NCBI GenBank assembly: GCA_037045645.1
Contig: JBAOIH010000011.1
Coordinates: 90,208-154,207 of the forward strand
From: Nocardioides sp.
Lineage (GTDB): Bacteria; Actinomycetota; Actinomycetes; Propionibacteriales; Nocardioidaceae
Reading direction: 5' to 3'
DNA length: 64,000 nt
Part shown: positions 46,492 to 55,475 of the stretch, in pieces
Position numbering within the stretch: the stretch's first letter is position 1
How the letters are laid out: each line of letters begins with the position of its first letter
Position numbers and translations under genes: made by a program
Notes under the pieces: model-generated
Seen by the model: the letters and a program-made list of their open reading frames with translations, nothing else
Told to the model about the DNA's origin: nothing
Database searches by the model: none

Positions 46492-47628
46492 ATGTTGGAC
46501 CTGGAGAAGGAACTTGCTCGCGAACTTCGCGAACTGGCGGAAGGGCTGACGATTCCGCCCCGGCCCGCGCTGCCGACGCCTGCCGAACGGCCCGCGCGAG
46601 CGCCCCGCCGATTCCTGGGCCCGCTGCTGGTGGCTGCGGCCGTGCTGCTGATCGTCGGCATCGTGGCGGTGATCACGAGTGGTCGTGGTGGTGACCTGCA
46701 ACCGGCCCCTGCGCCGACAGTCACCGAGTCCGTGCCGTCGACCTCTGCCACCGAGCGCCCCGCTCCCGGTCCGATCCCGACGAATGCGCCCTCGATCCCG
46801 CACGTTGTCGACGGTCGGCTATGGGTGCGCGGCGTGGACCTGGGCGAGTTTTGGACGGTCTATCCGGGTGCGGAGGCGTACGTCGCGTTGAAGAAGGACG
46901 GCACCTGGATGTGGGGGCGTGGCACGTCCGTGCAGGAGATCGAAGGCGCGATCCAGGAGGCTCCCGTGATCTCGCCGAACGGCAAGTACGTCGCGCACTT
47001 CAGCCTGCGAGGCGAAAAGGTCGTGGTGACCGGCTTTGACACCTCACCTGACGGCGAAGGGTTCGGGCAGGCCACATTTGGGCGAGACGCTCGCGTCCGC
47101 GCCGTCACCGACTTCGGTGGCGTCATCGTGCAAGGCGGCGGTGAGTCGGTGATGTGGGTGCCGCGCGAAGATCGCACGGTGGACCTTCCGAAGGCCATCC
47201 ACATCATCGGCAGCTCACCCGGTGGTCTGATCTCTCGCGAGGACGAGGGCGAGATCTACGACGGCCAGACCGGCGAGGTCTATCTCACGTCGGTGGACAA
47301 CACCGGTGTCGTCACGAGGGGTCGGGAGCCGTTGCCCAACTTCGACGACATCTCGGTCAACTCGTCGGGTACGTGGAGTCTGTCGACGCCCGCCGGGAGC
47401 ACGGGCGGGGAAGTCGAGCAGATCAACGCCCTCGAGGTCGGTCCGATCGGTGGGGACGGCACGTCAGCCATGGCGGCGCCCGACGGTTGGGACTTCGTCG
47501 TCCGGCACTATCAGTGGGAGGACGACGACTACGTCGTCGCGACCGTACGCAAGATCGGCGGCAGCGCCGAGCGGATGGCGCGCTGCCAGCCGAGCAGCTT
47601 GGAATGCGTACTCATCGCAGCGCCGTGA
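46492..47628 (+). CDS. membrane-anchored protein downstream of the ECF sigma gene (possible anti-sigma/partner)
   Basis: A 1-nt gap after the sigma gene, a single TM (FLGPLLVAAAVLLIVGIVAVI) and a large extracytoplasmic domain without recognised motifs. Confidence 0.45.
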   Translation: MLDLEKELARELRELAEGLTIPPRPALPTPAERPARAPRRFLGPLLVAAAVLLIVGIVAVITSGRGGDLQPAPAPTVTESVPSTSATERPAPGPIPTNAPSIPHVVDGRLWVRGVDLGEFWTVYPGAEAYVALKKDGTWMWGRGTSVQEIEGAIQEAPVISPNGKYVAHFSLRGEKVVVTGFDTSPDGEGFGQATFGRDARVRAVTDFGGVIVQGGGESVMWVPREDRTVDLPKAIHIIGSSPGGLISREDEGEIYDGQTGEVYLTSVDNTGVVTRGREPLPNFDDISVNSSGTWSLSTPAGSTGGEVEQINALEVGPIGGDGTSAMAAPDGWDFVVRHYQWEDDDYVVATVRKIGGSAERMARCQPSSLECVLIAAP

Positions 47629-47662
47629 GCGACTCCCGCCGAGGAGTCACGAACTGCGCGTG

Positions 47663-48896
47663 TCATCCCCGCTCGCGCAGGTATCTCCCGAAGTGCGGCA
47701 CCGTGAAGGCGATCCGGCCGCGCTCGCCGGAATAGATCAGGCCCTTCTTGAGCAAGGCGTCGCGAGCTGGCCGACAACGACTGCGGCTTCTTGCCGAGAT
47801 GAGTGGCCACGTCGGCGGTCGAGACCGAATCTGTCGGAGTTCGTGACCCCTCGGCGTGAGTTTGTGACCCCTCGGCGGATTTTTGTGACTCCTCGACGTC
47901 GGCCATGGCCATCAGGTACTCCCGCTCCCCGGGAGTGGCACGCTCGTACCGACTGCCGAAGAATCCCACCGCCAACTCAGCCTCGGCTTCCGGCGCTGCC
48001 CCCGCGACGTCTTCGGCCGTGATCGGTGATGCCGTGGCGCGGTCCCAGACCGCCTTGCCGTAGGCCTGGATGAAGTACGGATAGCCGCCGGTCGCGGCGT
48101 ACATCGCATCGAGGGCGGCGGTTTCGTACGACGCGTCCTCGTCGGCGGCCGGCGCCGCGAGCGCCTGGTCGGCGGCGGCGCGCGGCAACCGGTCGATGCG
48201 CTGGTAGGAGAAGAGGCGCTCGGAGTAGGACTTCGACGCACTCAACACCGCGGGCAGGTGCGGCAGCCCGGCTCCCACGACGATCAGCGGCAGTCCCGAT
48301 TGGGAGAGTTCGTGGCAGGCCGCGCAGAGCGCCGAGACGTCGTCGGGGCCGAGGTCTTGCATTTCGTCGAGGAAGACCGCGACACCACGTCCGGTGTCGG
48401 CCGCGAGCCCGCCGACATCGGAGAGCAGTTCCACCAGGTCGATCTCGATGTCACCGGAGTCGGCGCGTCCACGCGCGGCCGGGACGTCGATGCCGGGACT
48501 CCACTGGTCTTTGAGTCGCGCGCCCGCGCCCGCATCTCGCTGGGCGAAGGCCCGAATCACACCGAGCACCTGGTCGACCGAGTCCTGATCCGGGTGGCCG
48601 AGTTCGCGTACGGCTTGATGCAGCGCACTGCTCAACGGACGGCGCAGCCCCTGGTCGGGGCGGGCTTCGAGTTTGCCGGTCCCCCACTTGCGGCGTACGG
48701 CAGCCGAGCGCAGCGCGTTGAGCAGCACGGTCTTGCCGACACCGCGCAGGCCGGTGAGGACGAGGGAGCGTTCGGGGCGTCCCCTCGCCACCCGTTGCAG
48801 GACGACGTCGAACGCCGCGAGTTGCTCGTCGCGGCCGGCGAGCTCGGGCGGGCGCTGGCCCGCACCGGGGGCGTACGGGTTGCGAATCGGATCCAC
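47663..48896 (-). pseudogene. AAA+ ATPase with a C-terminal winged-helix domain; reading frame broken near 47771
   Basis: NPYAPGAGQRPPELAGRDEQ, Walker A GLRGVGKT, Walker B VFLDEMQ. After ...GKKPQSLS the expected tail PARDALLKKGLIYSGERGRIAFTVPHFGRYLRERG* is in the adjacent frame. The unbroken track ORF instead runs 100 nt into the convergent gene. Confidence 0.6.
47837..47898 (+). repeat. 21-bp tandem repeat cluster B (3 units), inside the AAA+ ATPase gene
   Basis: GAGTTCGTGACCCCTCGGCGT / GAGTTTGTGACCCCTCGGCGG / ATTTTTGTGACTCCTCGACGT. On the coding (minus) strand it is translated as ...SQKSAEGSQTHAEGSRTP... Confidence 0.85.
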
Positions 48897-48944
48897 GATG
48901 TCACCGTATGTCGATATCTAGCGTGTTTCTTAGATTGGCGCGCC

Positions 48945-48986
48945 CAGTTGATGACCCCTCGCCGAGATTTCGTGACTCCTCGGCGC
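48945..48986 (+). repeat. 21-bp tandem repeat cluster C (2 clear units plus a degenerate third running into 49010)
   Basis: CAGTTGATGACCCCTCGCCGA / GATTTCGTGACTCCTCGGCGC, in the divergent gap between the ATPase start (48896) and the 48999 gene. Confidence 0.8.
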
Positions 48987-48998
48987 TAGTTTGCGGGG

Positions 48999-51266
48999 GT
49001 GACCTCTGTGCTTGACGAGCCCGTGCCCGTGGTCGACGCCGCCGAGGCGGCGCGGATCGCGCACGCCCATTGGGGGCTCACCGACCAGGCAGTGGCGCTG
49101 CGCAGTGAGCGCGACCGCAACTTCCGCATCGGCGAGCATGTGCTCAAGGTCTCCAACTCCGCCGAACCCGACGAGGTCGTCGACTTCGAGATCCAGGCGA
49201 TGCGGCACGTCGCGGCAGGCGCGCCGGACCTCACGATCCCGCAACTCGTTCCAGCCCTCGACGGCCGCATCGTCATCGAGCACACCGCCGCTGACGGGCG
49301 TCGTCATCTGGCCCGGGTCGTCACCGTGCTGCCCGGCGAGCCGGCCGACGCGGTCGAGTTGGCGCCCGACTTCGCGGTGGCGCTCGGGAGTCGTACGGCT
49401 CGACTTGCCCAAGCACTCCAGGGTTTCTCGCATCCGGCCGCGCTGCGCACGCTCGAGTGGGACCCGCGACTGGTCGGTGAGCGACGAGCCGATGCGCTCG
49501 GACTCACCGACCGACGCGACCGCATCGTGGCGCTGATCGACGACTTGGCCGACCTGCCCAGCCGTACGGCCGCGTTGCCCAGTTGGCCGCAGCACGGCGA
49601 CGTCACCTTGAGCAACGTGTTGACCACCGACGGCGCGACCATCAGCGGAGTCATCGACTTCGGCGACATGCACCACACCGCCCGAGTCAGCGATGCGGCG
49701 ATCGCGCTGGCCGCGATGCTGCGCGTGGCCCCCGACCCGTGGCGGGCGATCGACGACTTCCTGCGGGGCTACCAGCGGGTGCAGCCGCTGACCCTCGAGG
49801 AGGCGCAGGTCCTCGGCGATCTGGTGCTCGCCAGGCTCGTGCTCGTCGTCGTCATCTCCACCACGCGCCCGGCGGCCGATGCGCACCAGGCCGCCACCAC
49901 CGCCGACCTCGAAGCACGAGGCGGCGCCGTCCTCGACGTGCTGCTCGACGCGGGCCGAGAGGTCGTACGAGACCGGGTGCTGCGGGCCTGCGGACTGAGT
50001 CGGGCGCGCCGGTGGGCGGCGGACCAGACCCTCGCGACGCGGCGCTCGGAGGCGACGGGAGGCAGCCTCGGTCCGCTCTTCTACGACACCCCGATCCAGA
50101 TCACCCACGGCGAAGGGGCGTGGGTCTTCGACGCCGACGGGCGGCGCTATCTCGACGGTTACAACAACGTTCCGGTCGTCGGACACGCCCACCCGGCGGT
50201 GGCCAACGCGGTCGGCTCGCAACTGCGCGAACTGGCCGTCCACTCTCGCTATCTGCATCCCCATCTCGTCGAGCTCGCCGAACGCTTGAAAGCAACGATG
50301 CCCACCGAGCTCGACACGGTCGTCCTGGTCAACTCCGGTTCGGAGGCCAACGACCTCGCCTGGCGTCTGGCCACCCACTGGACCGGTCGGTCTGGAGCGA
50401 TCGTCAGCGACTGGTGCTATCACGGCGTCAGCGCGGCGACCGCCCCCCTCTCGTCGAGCACCTGGGTCGAGCAGACCCGACCGGCCCACGTCGCCACGTT
50501 CGGGGTGCCGCGTTCCGTCGAGGGGATCGCCCCCACCGACGGCGCCGACCGGATCGCGCACGCCCGCGAGTGGCTGCGCGATCGCGGCCTCGACGTGGCT
50601 CTGACCGCCGCCGACCTCTCCTTCACCTCACCCGGCATGCTCACGCCGACGGATGCGTTCGTACGCGGCCTCGTGTCCGCGACCCACGAGGCAGGTGGGC
50701 TCTTCGTCGCCGACGAGGTGCAGTCGGGGTACGGGCGTACGGGTTCGGGACTGTGGGCCTTCGCCCAGCACGGGGTCGTTCCCGACTTCGTGACCCTCGG
50801 CAAGCCGATGGGCAACGGCCACCCTGTCGCCGCCCTCGTCACGCGACGCGAGATCGTCGACCGCTTCACCGAGGTCGACGAGTTCTTCTCGACCTTCGGC
50901 GGCAATCCGGTCTCGTGCGTGGCCGCGCTGACGGTGCTCGACGTGATCGAGGATCAGGACCTGGTCGCCAACAGTGCCCGGCAGGGGGAAGCGCTGCGAT
51001 CCGGGCTCGTGTCGATCGGCGCGGCGCTCGGCATACCTGTGCTCGTACGCGGCCAGGGCCTGCTGGCCGGCGTCGAGTTGCCCACGATCCCCGGCGGCGT
51101 ACCCCTCCTCGTCCAAGCCTTGCTGGAGCGTGGCGTCTTGACGAGTACGACCGGCCCCGGCGCGGCCGTACTCAAGGTCCGCCCGCCGCTGATCTGGCAG
51201 GCCGAGCACGTGGCGTACTTCCTGGACGCCTTCGAGGACGCGCTGGGGTCGATGGCCGGTGGTTGA
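48999..51266 (+). CDS. fusion protein: APH-type phosphotransferase domain plus class-III (AGXT2L-like) PLP aminotransferase-fold domain
   Basis: The N-terminal half has kinase-like blocks (HGDVTLSNVL, IDFGDM). The C-terminal half has class-III blocks (LVNSGSEANDLAWRLA, DEVQSGYGRTG, TLGKPMGNGHP). Confidence 0.75.
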   Translation: MTSVLDEPVPVVDAAEAARIAHAHWGLTDQAVALRSERDRNFRIGEHVLKVSNSAEPDEVVDFEIQAMRHVAAGAPDLTIPQLVPALDGRIVIEHTAADGRRHLARVVTVLPGEPADAVELAPDFAVALGSRTARLAQALQGFSHPAALRTLEWDPRLVGERRADALGLTDRRDRIVALIDDLADLPSRTAALPSWPQHGDVTLSNVLTTDGATISGVIDFGDMHHTARVSDAAIALAAMLRVAPDPWRAIDDFLRGYQRVQPLTLEEAQVLGDLVLARLVLVVVISTTRPAADAHQAATTADLEARGGAVLDVLLDAGREVVRDRVLRACGLSRARRWAADQTLATRRSEATGGSLGPLFYDTPIQITHGEGAWVFDADGRRYLDGYNNVPVVGHAHPAVANAVGSQLRELAVHSRYLHPHLVELAERLKATMPTELDTVVLVNSGSEANDLAWRLATHWTGRSGAIVSDWCYHGVSAATAPLSSSTWVEQTRPAHVATFGVPRSVEGIAPTDGADRIAHAREWLRDRGLDVALTAADLSFTSPGMLTPTDAFVRGLVSATHEAGGLFVADEVQSGYGRTGSGLWAFAQHGVVPDFVTLGKPMGNGHPVAALVTRREIVDRFTEVDEFFSTFGGNPVSCVAALTVLDVIEDQDLVANSARQGEALRSGLVSIGAALGIPVLVRGQGLLAGVELPTIPGGVPLLVQALLERGVLTSTTGPGAAVLKVRPPLIWQAEHVAYFLDAFEDALGSMAGG

Positions 51267-51275
51267 CGATGCCCC

Positions 51276-51884
51276 TCAACGGGCCAGCGTCGCGCGTACG
51301 TGTGCCGCCAGCTCGGCGACCACCTCGTCGATGGGGCGGTCGCGACCCGACTCGACCCACTCCTCCAGCCATACCTGCAACGACGAGACCACCAGTCCGG
51401 CTGCGATCCGGGGACGGATGTCGCGCAATTCCCCGGAAGCGTGCGCTGCCACGAGCGCTCGCTCGATCATCGCGATGCCGCCGGTCCATACCGACTGCTG
51501 TACGCCGGACGCGACCTCACTGCTGTGCGCCCAGCCCGACCTCGTCCGCAGGCTCAGGTCCAGGAACGCCTCGTGCGTACCCAGATATCGAGCAGTCGCC
51601 TCCAGACCCGCCACGACGCGGTCGACTGCGGTGCCGCCTGCATCGGCGACCTCCACCTCCCCGACCAGTGAGGCCAGCCGGGCGGCATGCAACTCGTCCC
51701 AGATCTCGGCCTTGCCGGCGAAAGTCTTGTAGACGGTGGCCAGCGAAAGACCGGCCGCAGCCGCGACGTCTTGCACCTTGGTCGCGTCGTAGCCCGTACG
51801 ACTGAACTCGGCCTCGGCCGCGTCGAGGATGCGCTCGCGGTAGAGCGCGCGTCGCGCATCCAGCGTCCGTTGTCCGGTCGACAC
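51276..51884 (-). CDS. TetR-family regulator
   Basis: HTH ...FSRTGYDATKVQDVAAAAGLSLATVYKTF. GTG 51884 after GGAAGGAG. The 747-aa track ORF is an artefactual extension. Confidence 0.8.
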   Translation of the reverse strand: MSTGQRTLDARRALYRERILDAAEAEFSRTGYDATKVQDVAAAAGLSLATVYKTFAGKAEIWDELHAARLASLVGEVEVADAGGTAVDRVVAGLEATARYLGTHEAFLDLSLRTRSGWAHSSEVASGVQQSVWTGGIAMIERALVAAHASGELRDIRPRIAAGLVVSSLQVWLEEWVESGRDRPIDEVVAELAAHVRATLAR

Positions 51885-51923
51885 CTTGACTCCTTCCGGA
51901 TCGGCCAGCAGAATCATCATTCT

Positions 51924-51942
51924 AATCAGCAGAACGCTGATT
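51924..51942. promoter_or_regulatory. inverted repeat AATCAGC-N5-GCTGATT in the TetR/Rieske divergent gap (candidate operator)
   Basis: Read directly from the sequence. It is nested in a wider CAGAATCA...TGATTCTG symmetry (51908-51945). Confidence 0.35.
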
Positions 51943-51962
51943 CTGTTTTCGAGGAGGTTCCG

Positions 51963-52967
51963 ATGGCGAAGTCGCCGTTGTGCATGACGCCGACCGGGTG
52001 GTTCCAGGTCGCCTGGTCCGACGAGATCGAGACCGGCCAGGTTCACCGGATGAAGTACTTCGGACAGGACCTCATCGCCTGGCGCGCCAACAGCGGCAAG
52101 GTCACCGTGATGGATGCGTACTGCCAGCACCTCGGCGCGCACCTGGGCTATGGCGGCACGGTCACCGACAACGACACGATCCAGTGCCCCTTCCATGGGT
52201 GGGAGTGGAACGACAAGGGCCGCAACACCTGCATCCCGTACGAGAGCCGCCCCAACATCGGCAAGAAGATCAAGACCTACCCCACGACAGAACGCAACGA
52301 AGCGATCTACATGTGGCACGACACGGAGGGACGCGAGCCGTTCATCGAGGTGCCCGACGTCTTCACCGACTTCGACGGTGGCCTCACGGCCGACGACTAC
52401 TTCCCGGCACGGCCCGGCCGCACCCTGCTCGGCGAGCAGCAGAAACTGCACCCGCAGTACGTCGTGGAGAACGGCGTGGACTTCGCGCACTTCAAGTACG
52501 TCCACAAGGTCCCGATCATCCCCGAGTTCACCCGCCACGACTTCGACCAGCCCACGTCGTACGTCGACTTCACCATCACCTTCGACGACTCCATGGCGGG
52601 CATGGGCCTCGACGAGGTCGAGAGCGGCGTCAACGCGATCAACGGCGGCATCGGGATCTCGGTGACGCGCAGCTGGGGGATGTTCGACCACCGTACGGCC
52701 ACCTCGGTCACTCCGGTCGACGACGAGACGTGCGACATCCGCTTCTCCGTCTGGGTCGCGCGGTCGGAGGTCAAGACCGACGATGTCGACAAGGCCAACC
52801 ACGTCGCCGACAAACTGGCCAACGGCGTCATCGAGCAGGTGCAGAACGACCTGGTCATCTGGACGCACCAGAAGTACGCCGACCCGGCCGCCCTGTCGAG
52901 GGGCGAGTTCGCCGGCTTCACGGCCCTGCGCAAGTGGGCCGAACAGTTCTATCCCGAGTCCGCCTGA
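51963..52967 (+). CDS. Rieske [2Fe-2S] non-heme-iron oxygenase (KshA-like alpha subunit)
   Basis: Rieske motif CQHLGAHL...CPFHGW and mononuclear-iron His residues (NGVDFAHFKYVH). Confidence 0.8.
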   Translation: MAKSPLCMTPTGWFQVAWSDEIETGQVHRMKYFGQDLIAWRANSGKVTVMDAYCQHLGAHLGYGGTVTDNDTIQCPFHGWEWNDKGRNTCIPYESRPNIGKKIKTYPTTERNEAIYMWHDTEGREPFIEVPDVFTDFDGGLTADDYFPARPGRTLLGEQQKLHPQYVVENGVDFAHFKYVHKVPIIPEFTRHDFDQPTSYVDFTITFDDSMAGMGLDEVESGVNAINGGIGISVTRSWGMFDHRTATSVTPVDDETCDIRFSVWVARSEVKTDDVDKANHVADKLANGVIEQVQNDLVIWTHQKYADPAALSRGEFAGFTALRKWAEQFYPESA

Positions 52968-52997
52968 CCAACCCACTTCGATTGAGGAAACCCCTGC

Positions 52998-54083
52998 ATG
53001 TCTAATCCCATCCGCGTATTCCAGGTCGCCACCGGCAACGTCGGCTCCGAGATGATCAAGCGTCTCGGTGAGCACCGCGACCTCGAGCTGATCGGCGTAC
53101 ACGTCTATTCCAAGGACAAGGTCGGCAAGGACGTCGGCGAGCTCGCCGGCATCGACCCCGTCGGCGTCAAGGCCACCGGTGACCTCGACGAGCTCATCGC
53201 CGCCAAGCCGGACGTCGTCACCTTCCACGGCGTCTTCCCCGACGAGGAGCTCTATCTCAAGGTGCTGGGTGCGGGCATCAACATCGTCACCACCGCCGAC
53301 TGGATCACCGGCCACCACCGCAACGCCAACCACCCCTCGCCCGACGGCCGTGCCTGGACCGAGATCATCGAGGAGGCCTGCCAGGAGAACGGCGTGACGT
53401 TCTATGGCACCGGGATGAACCCCGGCCTCAACCAGATCCTCGGCATCGTGCACACCTGCGACGTGTCGTCGATCGAGAAGGTCACCACGACCGAGTCCGT
53501 CGACGTGTCGTGCCACCACTCCGCCGACACCTGGAAGGAGGTCGGGTACGGCCGCGACGTCGCCGACCCCGAGCTGCCCGGGATGCTGGAGAAGTACACC
53601 CGTGTCTTCGAGGACTCGGTGTGGATGCAGGCCGACGCGCTGGGCCTCGAACTCGACAGCGTCGAATACTCCGTCGAGATGGGCGCCTGCACCGAGGACG
53701 TCGACCTGGGCTGGTACTTCATGCCCAAGGGCTCACTGGGCGCCAACCTGATCAAGTACTCCGGAATGAAGGACGGCGTGTGTCGCGTCGAGACGATCCT
53801 GGAGTGGCAGATGACCCCGCTGACCGAGCCCAAGTGGGACATCCAGCACTGCTACATCACCCAGGTCGACGGCGACCCGTGCATCTTCTCCAAGCACATG
53901 ATCTTCCCGAAGCCGGGCACGGACTTTAAGTCGGTCGAGGCGTTTGCTTCGGTCGGCATGACGGTCACCGGCCTGCCCGCGCTGAACTCGATCCGCGCCG
54001 TCGTCGAGGCTCGCCCCGGCATCATCACCAGCGCCGACCTGCCGCTGCGTGCGTTCGCCGGCAGTTTCGCCAAGGGGATCTGA
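52998..54083 (+). CDS. DapB-N-like NAD(P)-binding oxidoreductase (amine-dehydrogenase-like family)
   Basis: N-terminal IRVFQVATGNVGSEMIKRL Rossmann motif. The remainder resembles the 2,4-diaminopentanoate dehydrogenase-type family. The call is tentative. Confidence 0.5.
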   Translation: MSNPIRVFQVATGNVGSEMIKRLGEHRDLELIGVHVYSKDKVGKDVGELAGIDPVGVKATGDLDELIAAKPDVVTFHGVFPDEELYLKVLGAGINIVTTADWITGHHRNANHPSPDGRAWTEIIEEACQENGVTFYGTGMNPGLNQILGIVHTCDVSSIEKVTTTESVDVSCHHSADTWKEVGYGRDVADPELPGMLEKYTRVFEDSVWMQADALGLELDSVEYSVEMGACTEDVDLGWYFMPKGSLGANLIKYSGMKDGVCRVETILEWQMTPLTEPKWDIQHCYITQVDGDPCIFSKHMIFPKPGTDFKSVEAFASVGMTVTGLPALNSIRAVVEARPGIITSADLPLRAFAGSFAKGI

Positions 54084-54096
54084 GCGCCACCCCGAT

Positions 54097-54150
54097 CTTG
54101 CCCGGCTGGTCGCTTCTCCCCCGAACCGACCGGCCGGGCAAGTCTCTTTT
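54097..54150 (+). terminator. intrinsic terminator after the 52998-54083 gene
   Basis: CTTGCCCGGC...GCCGGGCAAG stem followed by TCTCTTTTCGTCTCC. Confidence 0.5.
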
Positions 54151-54173
54151 CGTCTCCGCGATTGCATCTGGCG

Positions 54174-54234
54174 AAGAACTGCGGCCGGGGGGCGAGTGGT
54201 CGTGTGTGCGACAACTCCCACGGCCGCAGTTCTT
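54174..54234 (-). terminator. 14-bp-stem hairpin downstream of the aldo/keto reductase gene
   Basis: AAGAACTGCGGCCG...CGGCCGCAGTTCTT, 15 nt after the minus-strand stop. There is no clear U-tract. Confidence 0.35.
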
Positions 54235-54248
54235 GCTGATTCTGGGGG

Positions 54249-55259
54249 TTAGACCGGCCGAGTCTTCGGGGCGTTCTCGGCTGTCTTGCCCGGGTCGCGC
54301 TCCACGATGTCGCCGAGCGCCTCGTCGATGCGCGTCATGATGTCGGCGTCGAGTCGTACGCCCGCAGCCTTGACGTTGTCGGCGACCTGCTCCGGGCGGC
54401 TTGCGCCGACCAGCGCCGCTGCGACGTTGTCGTGCTGGAGCACCCAGGCGATCGCGAGTTGCGCCATGGAGAGACCCGCGTCGTCGGCGACCGGCTTCAG
54501 ATTTTGTACCTTTTCGAGTACGTCGTCCTGCATCCAGCGCGAGATCATGTCCGCGCCACCCTTGTCGTCGGTGGCCCGCGAGCCGGCCGGCGGGGGCTGA
54601 CCCGGTGCGTACTTGCCGCTCAACACGCCTTGCGCCATCGGGCTCCACACGATCTGGGAGATGCCAAGCTCCTCACAAGCCGGCATCACCTCGGGCTCGA
54701 TCACGCGCCACAGCATCGAATACTGCGGCTGGCTGGAGATCAGCTGGAAGTTGAGTTCCTTGGCGAGCTCGGCTCCCGCGCGGATCTGGTCGGCGGTCCA
54801 CTCGCTGACGCCGATATAGAGCGCCTTGCCCTGGCGTACGACGTCCGCGAGCGCCTGCATGGTCTCCTCCAGCGGCGTCTCGGTGTCGAAGCGGTGCGCC
54901 TGATAGAGGTCGACGTAGTCGGTCTGCAGTCGCTTCAGCGAGCCGTTGATCGACTCCATGATGTGCTTGCGCGACAGGCCGGTGTCGTTCTTGCCGCCCG
55001 GCCCGGTCGGCCAATAGACCTTGGTGAAGATCTCCAGCGACTCGCGCCGCTCGCCCTTCAGCGCCTCGCCGAGCACGGTCTCGGCGGCGGTGTTGGCATA
55101 GACGTCAGCGGTGTCGAAACTGGAGATGCCGGCATCGAGTGCAGCGCGTACGCACTCCGTCGCGGTGTCGTTTTCCACCTGCGAGCCGTGGGTGAGCCAG
55201 TTGCCGTACGTGATCTCGGAGATCTTGAGTCCACTGTTGCCGAGGTATCGGAATTCCAT
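54249..55259 (-). CDS. aldo/keto reductase (Kv-beta-like)
   Basis: MEFRYLGNSGLKISEITYGNW, DTADVYA, GVSEW blocks. Confidence 0.85.
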   Translation of the reverse strand: MEFRYLGNSGLKISEITYGNWLTHGSQVENDTATECVRAALDAGISSFDTADVYANTAAETVLGEALKGERRESLEIFTKVYWPTGPGGKNDTGLSRKHIMESINGSLKRLQTDYVDLYQAHRFDTETPLEETMQALADVVRQGKALYIGVSEWTADQIRAGAELAKELNFQLISSQPQYSMLWRVIEPEVMPACEELGISQIVWSPMAQGVLSGKYAPGQPPPAGSRATDDKGGADMISRWMQDDVLEKVQNLKPVADDAGLSMAQLAIAWVLQHDNVAAALVGASRPEQVADNVKAAGVRLDADIMTRIDEALGDIVERDPGKTAENAPKTRPV

Positions 55260-55475
55260 AGCCCCAACGTACGCCGCCCTGGCCCCGCACCCTTCCGGTG
55301 TCTACAGGTGCCACCTGGTGACATCTCCAAGCACCACAAGGTTTCGACCGACCGTGCGCTGGACGGACAGTGCTCGCCCACCGATTTCGTCCTATGAGGT
55401 GCGCGCGACCACGGAATGCGCAAGAGTGAGCAACAGACGGCCACGAACCCGTGGCCCGGATGTTGTGAGGCCAAC

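Noticed and set aside
42579-48986. The 21-bp repeat clusters, the 10-bp repeat (18665-18694) or the RTX coding repeats as CRISPR arrays
   Set aside because: The units are directly adjacent with no unique spacers. There are only 2-3 copies per locus. The units are shorter than CRISPR repeats. No cas genes occur in the window.
42579-48986. The 21-mers as CRP/GlxR-type binding sites, or as a (D/E)FVTPRR heptad-repeat coding sequence on the plus strand
   Set aside because: Each unit contains TGTGA but lacks the TCACA partner at the required spacing. The plus-strand FVTPRR frames have no start or ribosome-binding site and no protein context. In cluster B they are antisense to a well-supported gene.
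48930-50561. A 543-aa minus-strand ORF, and the 740-aa plus-strand alternative frame at 49583-51805
   Set aside because: Both overlap the kinase-aminotransferase fusion, whose frame carries the conserved motifs. The alternatives are Arg/Pro/Gly-rich shadow frames.
51276-53519. A 747-aa minus-strand ORF, the longest in this area
   Set aside because: Only its last about 200 codons (the TetR regulator, 51276-51884) look like a protein. The rest is the mirror frame of the well-supported Rieske oxygenase and DapB-like genes on the plus strand. It is low-complexity (G/D/V/A/R-rich), as expected for antisense frames in GC-rich DNA.
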